The position numbers and the translations under genes are program-made. Below are positions 1-12,496 of a DNA stretch of 64,000 nucleotides, piece by piece. The DNA is from Lytechinus pictus (taxonomy: Eukaryota), in NCBI RefSeq assembly GCF_037042905.1, contig NW_026974140.1, positions 1,304,001 to 1,368,000 on the forward strand, in the 5' to 3' direction. The notes under the pieces are model-generated. The model saw only the letters and a program-made list of their open reading frames with translations. It was not told where the DNA came from and did no database searches. Positions within the stretch are counted from its first letter, which is position 1; the number at the start of each line of letters is the position of its first letter.

Positions 1-695
1 CCTTTTAAGACTGGCCACCTTTGGGTAATTTTGGGGCTGTTGCGTAGGTATATAACATTGGAATCAGGCATCACAAAGTTGGTCTAAATGATGATCAAGA
101 TCAATAAAAAAGGAAATCACAAACATATTTCAGATTTTTCACAAAAAAATGTTTAGGGGAGTGGGAGAGTCACCCGCATCAAAATGTGATGGTCAATTTC
201 CCTAGTTCAGGTAAATATGCAATTGAAACTTGTAGATGAATATCGGGCCCCATCATACAAAGAGTTATGATTGATCCACTCAATCATAACTTTATGGAAA
301 TCCATCAGTGTCATAATTTTTTCTGCAGGAAATTGCAACATGTCCTTTGTAAACAAAGGAGAATACACCATATTGTCAAAAAATCAATTAATTTATGGAT
401 ATACATTCATATCTCATATTTTTTTTAACAAACATGCATTTTTTTATGTTGACTTTGCTGGTTTTCCATAGTTGCGATTGATCAGATCAATCGCAACTCT
501 TTGTAAGACAGATCCCAGATCTCCTCACACAATAATGAGATCTGTTTTTATTATTTCTGTGTTCGAATTGGGTATTCTAAGGTTATATTCAATCTGTTCC
601 AAGTCAATATCATCACACAACCAAAGACTCCATTTCAGATGTTTATCAGTCTTCTGGAACATGCACCTGTCCAATTTTGAAGGATAAATACTCAC

Positions 696-901
696 CTTTT
701 CCATCTTCTCGGTGTGACTTCTCACTGCTGCCAGACCTTTTGCCTTCTGATGACCTTTGAACTTTAACTTCCTTGACAACCTTCTCGTCCTTGAGGACTC
801 TGTGTTCTTTAGAAGCTTTATCTTCCTTGCTTGATCTACTCACACTGCTCTCTTTGTGCTCGTCTTTTTCTCTCTTGGATTTAGTCCCATCGCTGGATGA
901 T
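696..901 (-). CDS. THOC2: THOC2 Lys/Glu/Ser-rich exon (SSSDGTKSKREKDEHKE...HREDGK)
   Basis: 206 nt; long T-rich tract + tttag, gtgagt donor; charged composition typical of the Tho2 C-terminus. Confidence 0.85.
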
Positions 902-1693
902 CTAAACAAACAAAACAAAACAAGATGACCATGGGTGATTTTAAGGATTAAAATAACCACTTGCTCTGTATGTATTGTGTGCCAAATCATGCGAACCTGT
1001 GTACCGGCAACTGCCAAGAAACAAGGAATATGAGCAAGCATCTCTTTATCAAATGACTGGCCCTTTTCAAAGCAATGATAATAATTTTAATAACTATGTT
1101 CCCACATGTGCTTATCCACATTGATTAGCTTCAGGTGTGGGTATTCAGCATAAATTCCATTGTTTCATGAAGTTAAAGTGTGCATAAACTCGTAAACTTT
1201 AGTTTGAGCATGGGGAGGTAGAACTAACAGTGGTATGGGGAGGGGTGCACATCTTGGGGAGGTGGAACTAAGGTTTGGAAAATCAGCTGTTGAAAGTAGA
1301 AGGGGTACACATTTCGTTTTGCTTGCAAGTGTTTGAACTCCTCTGCCACAGCTGAAGGTTTCACATTCACCCAGTGTACCCCCAGCCTATGCCCTTGAGG
1401 GATGCTTATTTTAAGAGTGTTTATCATGTTTATGTTCCTAATGGCCACCGCCTTTATGGCCCCTCCCTCAAAACCTAGAAATATTAATGAAAGTGATTAA
1501 TACCCCCACACTCTGGCGTGAACATTTTAATGCAGTTTAGAATTTAATATGAATCTTTACCCCAAGATGAATATTTCTTCCAACTTTTATGAGCACTGAC
1601 TAAAAACAGGGGAAGTAGTTTGATCCACAATGAGTTTTCCTGCATTTCTGGCTATCATATGTGGTTACCATGGCAATATACTCTCTGACAAAT

Positions 1694-2260
1694 CGGGGGG
1701 GGGGGGGTGCACTTCCATTGACGAGTGGATACCATGCGCGACCATGGGGTCTCGAAAAGCACCCTAAACACGTATTTTCCATATTCTGAAAATGCACCCC
1801 TTAACAAGTATTGGCGTCTGAAACCCTACCCTTAAAAAGTATTGGAAACAAAACAATATACTCTTGGCAAGTATTCCCTGAAATGAACCCCTAAACAAGT
1901 ACATATATTTTATTGTCATGTCACGGGTCCGTCGGTCGTCGGATTTACCTTTACACACCATTTGGTTTTAGTACGGCCCCAGCTTTCACACCTCGCGCAA
2001 ATCGAACTCTAAACATGTAGTGTTGGGGCAAAAAGGACATCCTTTATAAAACATTTTAATTTTTTTTTATCATCCCGCAAATTTGACCCTAAACACGTAG
2101 CTTTCCTAGCGAAATAGATACCCTTCTTTCATTATTTTTGTGTTTTTGACACCCTTTCACGTTACGTATGTAACGTGCCCTATCTTGAAAAAGACATCCC
2201 TTTTACATGTTTTTTTGGTCGCGCATTGTATCCACTCTTCAATGTAAGTCGCCCCCCGGG
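1694..2260. mobile_element. MITE with ~45-bp G/C-ended TIRs and 8-bp TSD
   Basis: TIRs cggggg..cacttccattgacgagtggataccatgcgcgacca / tggtcgcgcattgtatccactcttcaatgtaagtcgccccccggg; TGACAAAT at 1686-1693 and 2261-2268; inverted sister copy ends at 28180. Confidence 0.88.
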
Positions 2261-2800
2261 TGACAAATGCATACAAAAACAATGGTTCTTGCACATCTTT
2301 ACCTCAAGGCAAATATGTGAGCCAAATTTCATGAGAATTGGTTCAAAACTGATGAAGTAGTTCAAATTGCAAGGTTTTTACCTAAGTTTTGACATATAAT
2401 ATGTTGTTACCATGGCAACACAATTTCTGAAACACACACAAAAAGACACATCTTTACTTTAATACCAATGTGTGTTCCAAATTTCATGAGAATTGATTGA
2501 AAACTGATGAAGCAGTTTGAATTGTAAGTTTTTTCCCAATTTTCACCAAATGATATGTTGTTACCATGGCAACAAGATTTCTGAAAGACACACAAAAATG
2601 TGTCTTAGACATCTTCACCTCAAGACCAATGTGTGTGCCAAATTTCATAAGAATCGGATGAAAACAGAGGAAGTAGTTCTAACAGCAAGATTTTTACCTT
2701 ATTGTTGCCATAATACACTGTTACCATGGCAACACAATTTCCAACACATGCAAAAAATGTGTCTTGCACATCTTTACCCCAAGACCAAAATATGTACATA
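2261..2800. repeat. Degenerate tandem units (gttaccatggcaac...ccaaatttcatgagaattgg), same family as 30979-31748
   Basis: Repeated motifs match 31000-31630; array starts near 1660 and is interrupted by the MITE above. Confidence 0.75.
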
Positions 2801-3241
2801 CACACCAACATTCCACCTCCTCCACCGCCACCCTTCAGCTTGTTTAGGATCTGCATTCAGATATTTGGTGCATTGAGATGTGAGGACAAACAGAACATCT
2901 GTTCAAAATCTGTTCTGAATTCAAGAACTAAACCAATGCAAAATAATGCACTGCAATTGAGTTTTGCACGAGCGCTAGTCTATATATCAGACCAATCTAA
3001 ACTCATAAATTCTGACATTTTCACCCATTTTTTCACTGTTCCTGCAGCCAGATTTTTTGGAGCATACCCCATTTTTAATTCTTATACATAAACAAAGGTC
3101 TGGAGAAAAAATCATGCTTTTGTCCACCGTGTCCATATAATTTCGCTAACAGACCAGACTAATGATGGTAGGTGCTATAATAGCAAAGTTACCATCATTG
3201 GAAACTTGAAACAGGCCCCTGGCCCTTTATCTTTCACTTAC

Positions 3242-3482
3242 TTTGAATCTGATTTCTTAGATCCTGATGATGTGCTGGCACTGACACTGGATGAGGATGC
3301 AGACGTCTTTGATGAATTACTACTAGACTTGGATGATGATGATGACGACGTCGATGACTTGCCCTGCAATTGAGACGATGACTTGACAGAGGACTTTGAT
3401 GTGGATGATGATTTCGTTGTAGATGACGATTCTCTATTGGATGACTTACTGCTTGCTCCATGAACTTTTTCAGTATCAGCTT
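3242..3482 (-). CDS. THOC2: THOC2 Ser-rich exon (ADTEKVHGASSKSSNRESSST...KKSDS)
   Basis: 241 nt open frame; tag/aag tandem acceptor, gtaagt donor; phase 1/2. Confidence 0.8.
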
Positions 3483-4242
3483 CTATTCAATAGTTTAATC
3501 AAAAGTTTTATGAACACTACGCTTTGCAGGTACATTTGCATTAAACAGGGGACTTATTCATGAAAATTGTCAGCACTGACAAGTCATCATTATCCAACAG
3601 TTACCATAGTGACGGTCTCACATTTATGCTTTCAAATCAATCACAACCTTGGAAAAATATAATATATATCACCTTGCTGATGAAACACTTTCAAAGCAGG
3701 TTGAAATGTGGGTGAGAACCATGGAATGATTTTCAATAATCAAGATGGTAATAATATGGTCAAATTCATTGCAGAATAAAATGTCTTTATTCAAACCATG
3801 GACAAGTAATATGATCTGGAATGATCACTATATCAACTCTGATGTCAATATAAACGCTGAGATGGACTCATATACTCTTTTGCTACAGAGTGAAGATAAC
3901 AATCAACTTTTAAGCAAACTTTATTGCAGTGTCTTAATGCATTTGAGAGGAAATTTTGATTGTGTAAATCTTGACTGTTATTAACTTCAATTAATAGCAA
4001 AACTACACAGGAGATCAAAATAGGCCTACAGTCTGTCCAAGAAACAAAATGGAAATTCATGCTAAAATTCAGCTAACCGATGAATGTGATTGTAAGTGTG
4101 ACAGATTCAATTCATATATGAGATTTAAATAGGGAAACATTGTGCCTCGAATGTGAATGCTAAGAAATGACACTTAGAATGGAAAAATTGGGACTAGTTG
4201 CATGATCCCTAAATAGCCTGCAAGACTGCATAAGAAACAAAC

Positions 4243-4381
4243 CTTTGCTAAGATGTTCCTTGCCTACACCATTGAGAATAGCATTACTGGTGCTACTGAC
4301 TGATGTTGAACTGCTAGATGTGGCCTTCTTACTTGAAGACTCTGAGGATTGGGTAGTAGACTGGGAGCTTGACACTGGCTT
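4243..4381 (-). CDS. THOC2: THOC2 Ser/Thr-rich exon (KPVSSSQSTTQSS...GKEHLSK)
   Basis: 139 nt; atcag / AAG|gtttgt; phase 0/1 matches neighbours; low complexity, so the donor is less certain. Confidence 0.75.
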
Positions 4382-5204
4382 CTGATTAACCAATATCAAA
4401 TCACATTACAGAAGATAAAGAGAAAATTATAAAGCCCTGTGCAAAGTACAAGATCCGTTGTGATCCAAAGAAAGTGTTTGATATGACATGATTAGTATAA
4501 TCTACATTTCAGTCTTTTTTTAGCCTCATGGTAGAAAAAAAGAGCAAATTCAATTCCACATCGTAATAGTTTCAGCTGGGACTTAAAGCCGATTTGAACT
4601 TTACTCCAACCACAAGGTATGCAACAAAGCAAATTCTGACTTTATTATTCCCAGCACTATGCCAAACTTCATATAAAATATAAAGTTTACTTCTTGAAAC
4701 TTTCATCTTTAACCCTAGCCTACCTGGGCTTTTTATTTACTTATTTATCTTTTTTTGGGGGGGAAGGGCATTATGGCCCCCTCTAGATCTCGGTCATGTA
4801 TTGCGCAATCACGACGACAATTAACATGCAGGTAGAACATTACATAATCTTCTAACTTATTCATGAAATCATAATTTTTGTTCTAATTTGCTTAATAAAG
4901 TTCCTCTAAAGCTATTTTTTGTGGATATATTCTTCATAGCACATTCCAAACAATTGCAAATGAAAAAGATTCTGTCACCAACATTGATTTCTTATGAATC
5001 ATCTTGTCTTTTGAAAGACCCAGACCAGAGCTAAAAGTGCAATTGACAAATTCATATTCAACACTTTAAAGCTGAGTATTGTGCTTAAAAAAAACTAAAA
5101 TTAACAGGTTTTTGCGGGGGATTTGGACAATATAGGCTTTCCATGCCTTTCTCCAGCCTCAAAACTGTGACTTGTGCAAGACAATTAATCATATTTAATT
5201 ACCA

Positions 5205-6105
5205 TTGTATATATGTTTCATTAACTAGATCCACAATTAGATCCATAAACTTTCTAAGTTATGATGACAATTCCACAAATATCCACAACATTACCAGTTT
5301 ATTGACCCTAAATGACCTTTGACCTTGGTCATGTGGCCTGAAACTGCACAGGATGTTCAGTTTTGCCTGCATTACGTGATTTGATATAGCAGTAGTGCTG
5401 ACTTTGAAAACAGTTATTAAATAATTATTCACAAAAGAAAACATTCATATGATAATAAAATACTATGTCCATTGACCCAACATTACCTTTGACCCTGTTC
5501 ATGTGACCTAAGACATGTGCAAAAGAATCATTCATACTTGATTACCCTTATGTCTATGTTTCATGAACTACATGTGTAGATCCATAATCTTTCTAAATTA
5601 TGATGCCAATTCAACAAATACCCCCAACACGGCCAAAGTTCATTGACCCTAAATGACCATTGATTTTGGTCATGTGACCAGAAACAAGCACAAGATATTC
5701 AGGTATACATGGTTACTCTTATGTCCCAAGTTTCATAAACTAGATCTATAAACTTAAAAGTTATGATGACAATGCTACAAACACCCCCAACATTATAAGT
5801 TTGTTGACCCTAAATGACTTTTGACCTAGGTCATGTGACCTGAAACTCGCACAGGATGTTTAGGGATACTTAACTGCTCTTATGTCTAAGTTTCATAAAC
5901 TAGATCCATAAAATGTCAAAGTTATGATGACATTTCAAAAACTTAACCTTGGTTAAGATTTCGATATTAATTCGTCCAACATGGTCTAAATTCATTGACC
6001 ATAAATGACCTTTGACCTTGGTCATTTGACCTAAACCTCATGCAGGATGTTCAGTAATACTTGATTACCCTGACGTCCAAGTTTCATGAACTAGGTCCAT
6101 ATACT
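5205..6105 (-). mobile_element. Diverged fragment of the ~162-bp-array Helentron/DINE-1-like family
   Basis: tgacctttgaccttggtcatgtgacctgaaact units as in 10688-11808; a matching terminus lies at ~9870-10008. Confidence 0.75.
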
Positions 6106-6434
6106 GTTTTATATATGAATTGTGAGATCAATTACATTCATTTATTTAGGTATTTCCTCTTTAAGGATATTATTAGCATAATGATTAAGAATATTCCAGA
6201 ATGTCTCATTAAATGAAATGGAGTAATCTTTGCTATTTCTGGAATGTACAAGAGACAATAAAAAGACTGCTAAACAAAAGAGCCTGCCAGCAATGGAAAA
6301 TCACAATAGGATAAGCTATTTTGGTTACATTGTTAATTTCACTGAGGTCATTCAAGAGTCTTCTAGAATTGAACTGCTTTAGAAAGAAGGTGAATGTTCT
6401 TTTTAAAGACAATACTAGAAGCTTCCAGAATAGT

Positions 6435-6476
<42 letters not shown>

Positions 6477-7035
6477 TCCCCTCCAAAAGTTTGGGAACAC
6501 CTGCATTCATTGTGTGTTTTTCTATACTTGGTAGACTTTTTTGATATTCAGGCTCATAGCACAGTTGAATTTTTGTTTTAAAGTGAATTATACAGCAGTG
6601 TAAATTTTGTTATTGATTCAAACAAATTTATACTCTCTTAAATGGCTGGCTACCAGTCAAGAAGGCATTCTCTCAAAATGCTAACTTCTTTTATTACATG
6701 CAGTTATTGCAGTTATTCAGAGCTTTTACACTAATACATGTGCAACTTCATTCATTTTTCCTTTTCCTAGTCAGAAGTCAGACACAAAAATAAAATGTAA
6801 CAATACTCAGTGTTTCACTGATAATTGATATGGAAAACTTTTTTTATAAATTTTATTGAATAAACATTAAAAGACAATAAAAATATTTCTTTTAAATAAC
6901 CACAATAACAATCAAAAGGGCATCAGTTTTTTTCTTGATCATGGAAACTCATCTATTGCAAAAGACTTCACAGTTTATTCTTTGTTTTTGTGATACTGTA
7001 ACAAACAAAATAAAATTTAGAATGAATTTTAACTT

Positions 7036-7128
7036 AAGGCAGTCTAATTGGAACACTTTGAAAAAGAAAGACATGCCTTTAATAAAGGCATGTCTTTCTT
7101 TTTCAAAGTGTTCCAATTAGACTGCCTT
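7036..7128. repeat. Perfect palindrome, 46-bp arms with 1-nt spacer
   Basis: aaggcagtctaattggaacactttgaaaaagaaagacatgccttta-a-taaaggcatgtctttctttttcaaagtgttccaattagactgcctt. Confidence 0.95.
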
Positions 7129-8000
7129 CTCATCAAAGAATCCTCCTTTGACAGCAATAACAGCACGACACACTCTCGGCATCCTGTTGGTCAACTTGTT
7201 GAGGGATTCACTTGAAATGCCCTGCCATGCCTTCTGTAGTATCTCCCACAGATGAGTCTCACTTGTTGGGCAAGTTTCTCGAACCTTCCTGTCTAGTTCT
7301 TCCCAAAGCAGCTCGATGGGATTGAGATCTGGGGACTGGGGCGGCCAATCCATGATTTCCAGGACTTGTTTCTCTTCCTTTTTCTTCAAGTAGTCTTTGC
7401 ATAGTCTTGACGTGTGTTTTGGGTCATTGTCCTGCTGGAAAACGAATCCTTCTCCAATCAGGCGTTTCCCTGAAGGGATGGCCTTCCGCTGTAGTATTGA
7501 ATGATAGCCGTGCTGGTTGAGGATTCCCTCTGTGCAAGCTACCTACCTTTTGTGCATCAAAGCAACCCCAAACCATGACATTATACCACCACCATGTTTC
7601 ACAGTTGGCTTGATGCACTGGGGTAGCATCTTCTTTCCCTTTCGCCGTCTCACATAGGTACATGTACGTTGCTTGCTGCCAAACACCTCGAACTTTGATT
7701 TGTCAGACCAAAGAACCTTCTGCCACTGCTCCAAAGACCAGTCTTTATGCTTCCTAGCCCAAGCAAGCCTTTTCTTTGAGGAGTGGTTTCATTGAAGCCA
7801 CACTGCCCATCAGCCCTGCTCCACAGAGACGTCTTCTAACAGTTGAAGAACATACAGGCATCTCACGGGTGTTGTTGAGGTCAGCTGTAATCTGTGGGCA
7901 AGTCAGACAACGGTTGCACAGACTGCTCACCCGAATGTATTTATCTTCAGCAGGATATGTTGTTTTTGGCCTACCACTTCGTCTCCTGTCCCCATGTTGA
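7117..8000 (-). pseudogene. Tc1-family DDE transposase, frameshifted and N-terminally truncated
   Basis: RSGRPK, VLWSDKSKF, PTVKHGGG, QQDNDPKH and WPPQSPDLNPIELLW spread over several frames. Confidence 0.93.
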
Positions 8001-8637
8001 TGTTTTCCATGATAAAGATGCAGATTTCCATAAATTAACTGTCTTTATGAACGATACTTAGCAACAAACTTTGAGGACATCTGCTGTAACATTCACAAAA
8101 TAATGGGAAGAATTTCAGAAAAGAACCCCAAACAGAACAATGTTAAAAGAAGTTAGCATTTTTTAGAGAATGCCATCTTGACTGGTAGCCTGCCCTCTTT
8201 GGCAGCTGCACGTCTCTTAAAGAGCTTTGAATTTGTTTGAATCAATGATAAAATGTACACTGGTGTATAGCCTTCACTTTAAAACAAAAATACAGCTGTA
8301 CTATGAGGCATAACTTCAGTAAAGTCTACCAAAGTTCGAAAAACACACACTGAAGGCAGGTGTTCCCAAACTTTTGGAGGGGAGTGTATATATATATTCT
8401 TTCACACAATATCAAATAAGAGTTGCCAAAGCTGTTGTACTTGTATAACTTCACACATTTGTACACTTTCTCCCATACGTGTACTGTATCAAAGCAATAC
8501 CTTTGATCCAGCTGAGGCATGGCGGCTTGTCATTGTTCAAAAACCCACCTTCACCCGACAAAGGAAATTATAATTGGTCTAGTGTCGAAAATCTGTCTGA
8601 CGGTCAATCGGATCGGGGTCGCCCTAGCCACAAACCC

Positions 8638-8709
8638 GTCTCTGTGACCTAGTGGTTAAGGCACCGGCGTTCAAAGCTGGGGGCCCGGGTTCGATTCCCG
8701 GCAGAGACA
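8638..8709 (+). tRNA. tRNA-like gene or pseudogene, anticodon TCA, followed by T6
   Basis: Acceptor GTCTCTG/CAGAGAC+A; D arm acct-agtggtta-aggc (1 mismatch); anticodon stem ccggc/gctgg with loop gtTCAaa; T arm ccggg-ttcgatt-cccgg; TTTTTT at 8710-8715. Confidence 0.7.
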
Positions 8710-8977
8710 TTTTTTCGGCATCACCAATTTTTCCAAAAGGGTAGATAGCTCTGGGGAACCTTGATTTAAGCTTCGCCTACCATTGTTCTCTTCATCTATT
8801 TCTTTATATATATATGAACTGAAAGGCTCTTCGTTATATCAGATGAAAACTCAGAGTTTCACACCAGACTTTATGTCAGAGCACAGTTTATTTCCAACTG
8901 GAATACAACATTTATCTTCTGTGGAATTATTTGCACGCCATAAATGAACTCTTTGCAGTTACTTTGAGAGGAATTCT

Positions 8978-9665
8978 GGCTGATTCAGCCCCCTCCTCGT
9001 CATTTTTCATGATAAATCTGCCGCTTGAGATTTTTTGACCGCGTCGCTCGCTGACTTTTTACTTGCAACTCTCGCGCAACTTTTGAGACCAAAATTGTGA
9101 CGCCCAGGTTCCGACATTACGCAACATTTCATAAGTGCATGCAGACCCAAAATTACTCAAAAACATGAATTTGTGTCCAAATCCAATGCAAATAGTTTTT
9201 TAGCCAAAATTCATATAATGTATCATTATTTTTCCTTTCACTGCTTAAAATCAATTTATTTTATCTTGTTTATGGTCAAAATAAAGTCCCAGACGATTTC
9301 CATTGAAAAAACAAAAGTCGAAAAACAAAGAAATACATAAGAAATTTAGAAAACAATAGAATATATAAGAAAATAAATGTGATGTTGAAATTTCTTTTAA
9401 ATAAATTTGATCAGATGTCAATCTAGAGTATGTGAAACAAAAATTAGCATTTTAGGGGCATTATTTTATTAATTAGAGCAAACTTATGATTTTACGTATA
9501 AATTAGCATAATTAATAAGCAATGAGATTTTTCGCAGAATTTGATAGTAACGCGCGTGCAAATTTTCGTCGCGATCGCGTTATCGACGGCCGAGATCATA
9601 AGGGGGGCTGAATCAGCCCCCCCGTCTTCTTAGGCGTAAAAATAGCACAGTCTATTTAGGGTTAA
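8978..9665. mobile_element. Non-autonomous TTAA-type (piggyBac-like CCC ends) element, left end eroded
   Basis: Ends gtctatttaggg|ttaa; ggctgattcagcccc / ggggctgaatcagcc subterminal repeats; related pieces near 4709-5010, 21655-22010 and 40820-41325. Confidence 0.7.
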
Positions 9666-10060
9666 CGAATCTTCGCCAACCAACTTGGATTCTATCTGGA
9701 TTTAATACAGGACTATCATAACTTTTGATTGCACATCTAACTCTTCAAGACATGTAAGATGTTTATTTTTGTTTTGTTTACTGTATGATTGATCTATTTC
9801 CTGTAATAAAAAAAAAGGAATCAAATTTAAAACTAAATTTTCATTGTTATTTGTTGCAGTATCCTAACGATACTTTTTAAGTTATAATGACAATTAAAAA
9901 AACTTAACCTTGGTTTATAAGATTTCAATGTTGACGGCGCCGCCATCTCCGTCGGAAACGTGGCGACTATAGTCTCGCTCTGCTATGTACATGTAGGCGA
10001 GACAAAAATTTATTTGTGCGTACCGGTATATGTAAATGTATTTGGCCGTATATGTATATG

Positions 10061-10346
10061 GGCGCGTCGTGGTCTAGTGGTTCTGATTCTCGCCTTTCAA
10101 ATAGAGGGTCGTGGGTTTGAATCCTAGCCATGGCGTGTTTTCCTTCAGCAAGAAATTTATCCACACTGTGCTGCACTCAACCCAGGTGAGGTGAATGGGT
10201 AGCATGCAGGATTAATTCTTTGAATGCGAGAGAGCTGAAAGGCAGCTTGAGCTAAAGCCTAGGTAATAATAGTCATAACAATGCGCCTCGGAATAGATTG
10301 CTTCGAGATAGATGGCGCTATTACAAATCCCTATTATTATTATTAT
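10061..10346 (+). mobile_element. tRNA-derived SINE
   Basis: A box tggtctagtgg, B-box-like ggtttgaatcc, core cactcaacccaggtgaggtgaatgggta shared with the 48490 copy, (TTA)n tail. Confidence 0.88.
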
Positions 10347-10425
10347 TTTGCTTTCATTGAAACCAACTTGACAAGAATAATAGATAGACTTCCTCTGTAA
10401 TAGGAAAAATAAATTTTATACTCAC

Positions 10426-10492
10426 ATCTTTCAAATGAAACTTGTCCTCTGGGATCATGTGCTGTTTCCTTGTTTTGAGTTGGCCAGAGTAA
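10426..10492 (-). CDS. THOC2: THOC2 exon (YSGQLKTRKQHMIPEDKFHLKD)
   Basis: 67 nt; tgtag / gtgagt. Confidence 0.95.
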
Positions 10493-10687
10493 CTACAAGG
10501 TAATCATCGTTATCATACCATATCAATCCATGCTCATAGCCATACCAGAGTTGATAGATATCAACAATATTCAATTCAATTAATTTGTTTACCATCCTTT
10601 AAAAATTAGTCACAAACACAAAGATGAAACGATATAACAAACAAAATATAAAATAACCCTATTGTTTCCAAATTGGATAGTTATAAT

Positions 10688-11808
10688 AACAAGTGGAATG
10701 CCTCTGGCCGTCTCACCTGCATCACGCGATTCAATATAGCAGCAGTGCTGATTTTGAAAACTACTATAACTCGCACAAGATGTTCAGTGATACTTGGTTA
10801 CTCTTATTTCCACGTTTTATGAACTAGACCAATACACTTATAGAGATATGATGGCAATTCAACAAATACCCCCAACGTGGCCAAAGTTCTTTGACCTTAC
10901 ATGACCTTTGACCTTGATCATGTGACCTGAAACTCGCACAGGATGTTCAGTGATACTTGATTACTATTATGTCCAAGTTTTATGAACTAGACCAACACAC
11001 ATTCAAATTTATGGCTGTAATTCAACAAATACCCCAATTTGGCCAAAGTTCATTGACCCTAAATGACCTTTGACCTTGATCATGTGACCTGAAACTTGCA
11101 CAGGATGTTCAGTAATACTTGATTACTATTATGTCCAAGTTTCATGAATCAGATCCATAAACTTTCAAAGTTATGATGGTAATTCAACAGATACCCCCAA
11201 TTCGGCCAAAGTTCATTGACCCTAAATGACCTTTGACCTTGATCATGTGACCTGAAACTTGCACAGGATGTTCAGTAATACTTGATTACTATTATGTCCA
11301 AGTTTCATGAATCAGATCCATAAACTTTCAAAGTTATGATGGTAATTCAACAGATACCCCCAATTCGGCCAAAGTTCATTGACCCTAAATGACCTTTGAC
11401 CTTGGTCATGTGACGTGAAACTCATGCAGGATGTTCAGTGATACTTGATTAACCTTATGTATAAGTTTCATGAACTAGGTCCATATATTTTCTAAGTTAT
11501 GATGACATTTCAAAAACTTAACCTTAGGTTAAGATTTTGATGTTGATTCCCCCAACATGGTCTAAGTTCATTGACCCTAAATGACCTTTGACCTTGGTCA
11601 TGTGACATGAAACTCAGGCAGGATGTTCAGTAATACTTGATTAACCTTATGGCCAAGTTTCATGAACTAGGTCCATATACTTTCTAAGTTATGCTGTCAT
11701 TTCAAAAACTTAACCTCAGGTTAAGATTTGGTGTTGACGCCGCCGTCGCCGTCGCCGTCGGAAAAGCGGCGCCTATAGTCTCACTCTGCTATGCAGGTGA
11801 GACAAAAA
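10688..11808 (-). mobile_element. Non-autonomous Helentron/DINE-1-like (HINE) element with ~162-bp tandem array
   Basis: Subterminal inverted repeats gtctcacctgcat / atgcaggtgagac, short terminal hairpin, (GCC/GTC)n microsatellite, A/T-run ends; near-identical copies at 25644 and 52091; superfamily inferred from architecture. Confidence 0.8.
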
Positions 11809-12496
11809 CCTTGTTGGGGTTATCCAGTGTCCGAGTTAAACAAAAAAACAGTAAATACAAAGGCCAGTTGACTGATTTGCTGAAATTTGGTTGTGTAATG
11901 TGTTAGTCCTTCATTTTCCCTATTCACCTCCTACCAAAATATAAAGACCCTAATGCAATTAAAATGACGAAAAAGGGTATTTCAAAAGAAATATACCTAG
12001 TAGTACATCAAAATTTACAATGGAGTAAATATATCGATATTACTGCTTCGTGTTACAGGGTCAAGGATAATTTCATAAATTCTCTTTAACTTCAAGAAAG
12101 ACTGGAACCCCTCTAAGGATCTTGGCCATTCATTGTCTGGATTGAAACAAACTTTTAGTTTTAATGACAAAAATCAAAAAGTTATCATACATATCATTGA
12201 TGCCAGTCAGATTTACTCACTGGGGCCAGAAAAGAACCCAGAACATGTTAAAACCTCATATGTGATGCCGGAAACATCCTGGAATGGGAAGTTGTCAGGG
12301 CCTTAAAATCAGGCAAACGCCTGAAGACTGGCCTCTCTGAAATACGTTGAGGGGTGAATCAGCACCCTGGTTTTCGAGGATTGCTGACATTGACAAAGAT
12401 TTGATAAAAATATTGAAATATCTTAGGCAATGGAAGAAGAGAGAGTATTAGAGAAAGAAACAAAGAGAGGTGGGGGTACTTCTGTCAGGTACCTAC

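Larger units (their letters stand above)
6474..8386 (-). mobile_element. Tc1/mariner DNA transposon, decayed, in a (TA)n tract
   Basis: TIRs cactcccctccaaaagtttgggaacacctgc / gcaggtgttcccaaacttttggaggggagtg, extending imperfectly ~220 bp; TA flanks. Confidence 0.95.

Noticed and set aside
1600..1797. Duplicated small gene (same peptide as ORF 28082..28300)
   Set aside because: Both are translations of the same MITE end in opposite orientations.
8638..8709. Selenocysteine tRNA
   Set aside because: Canonical 7/5 fold with a 4-nt variable loop; tRNA-Sec needs a long variable arm and an extended acceptor stem.
8835..8890. Hammerhead-ribozyme-like core on the minus strand (ctgacataaagtctggtgtgaaactctgag)
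   Set aside because: Lacks the CUGANGA core and I cannot build convincing stems; an Infernal search would be needed.
10870..11700. Regularly spaced repeats resembling a CRISPR array
   Set aside because: Whole ~162-bp units repeat with no unique spacers, there are no cas genes, and the context is a eukaryotic intron.
12221..12336. Possible poison cassette exon (ttcag...gtgagt, early TGA) on the minus strand
   Set aside because: Only splice-site-like motifs, which occur by chance; no homology or expression evidence.
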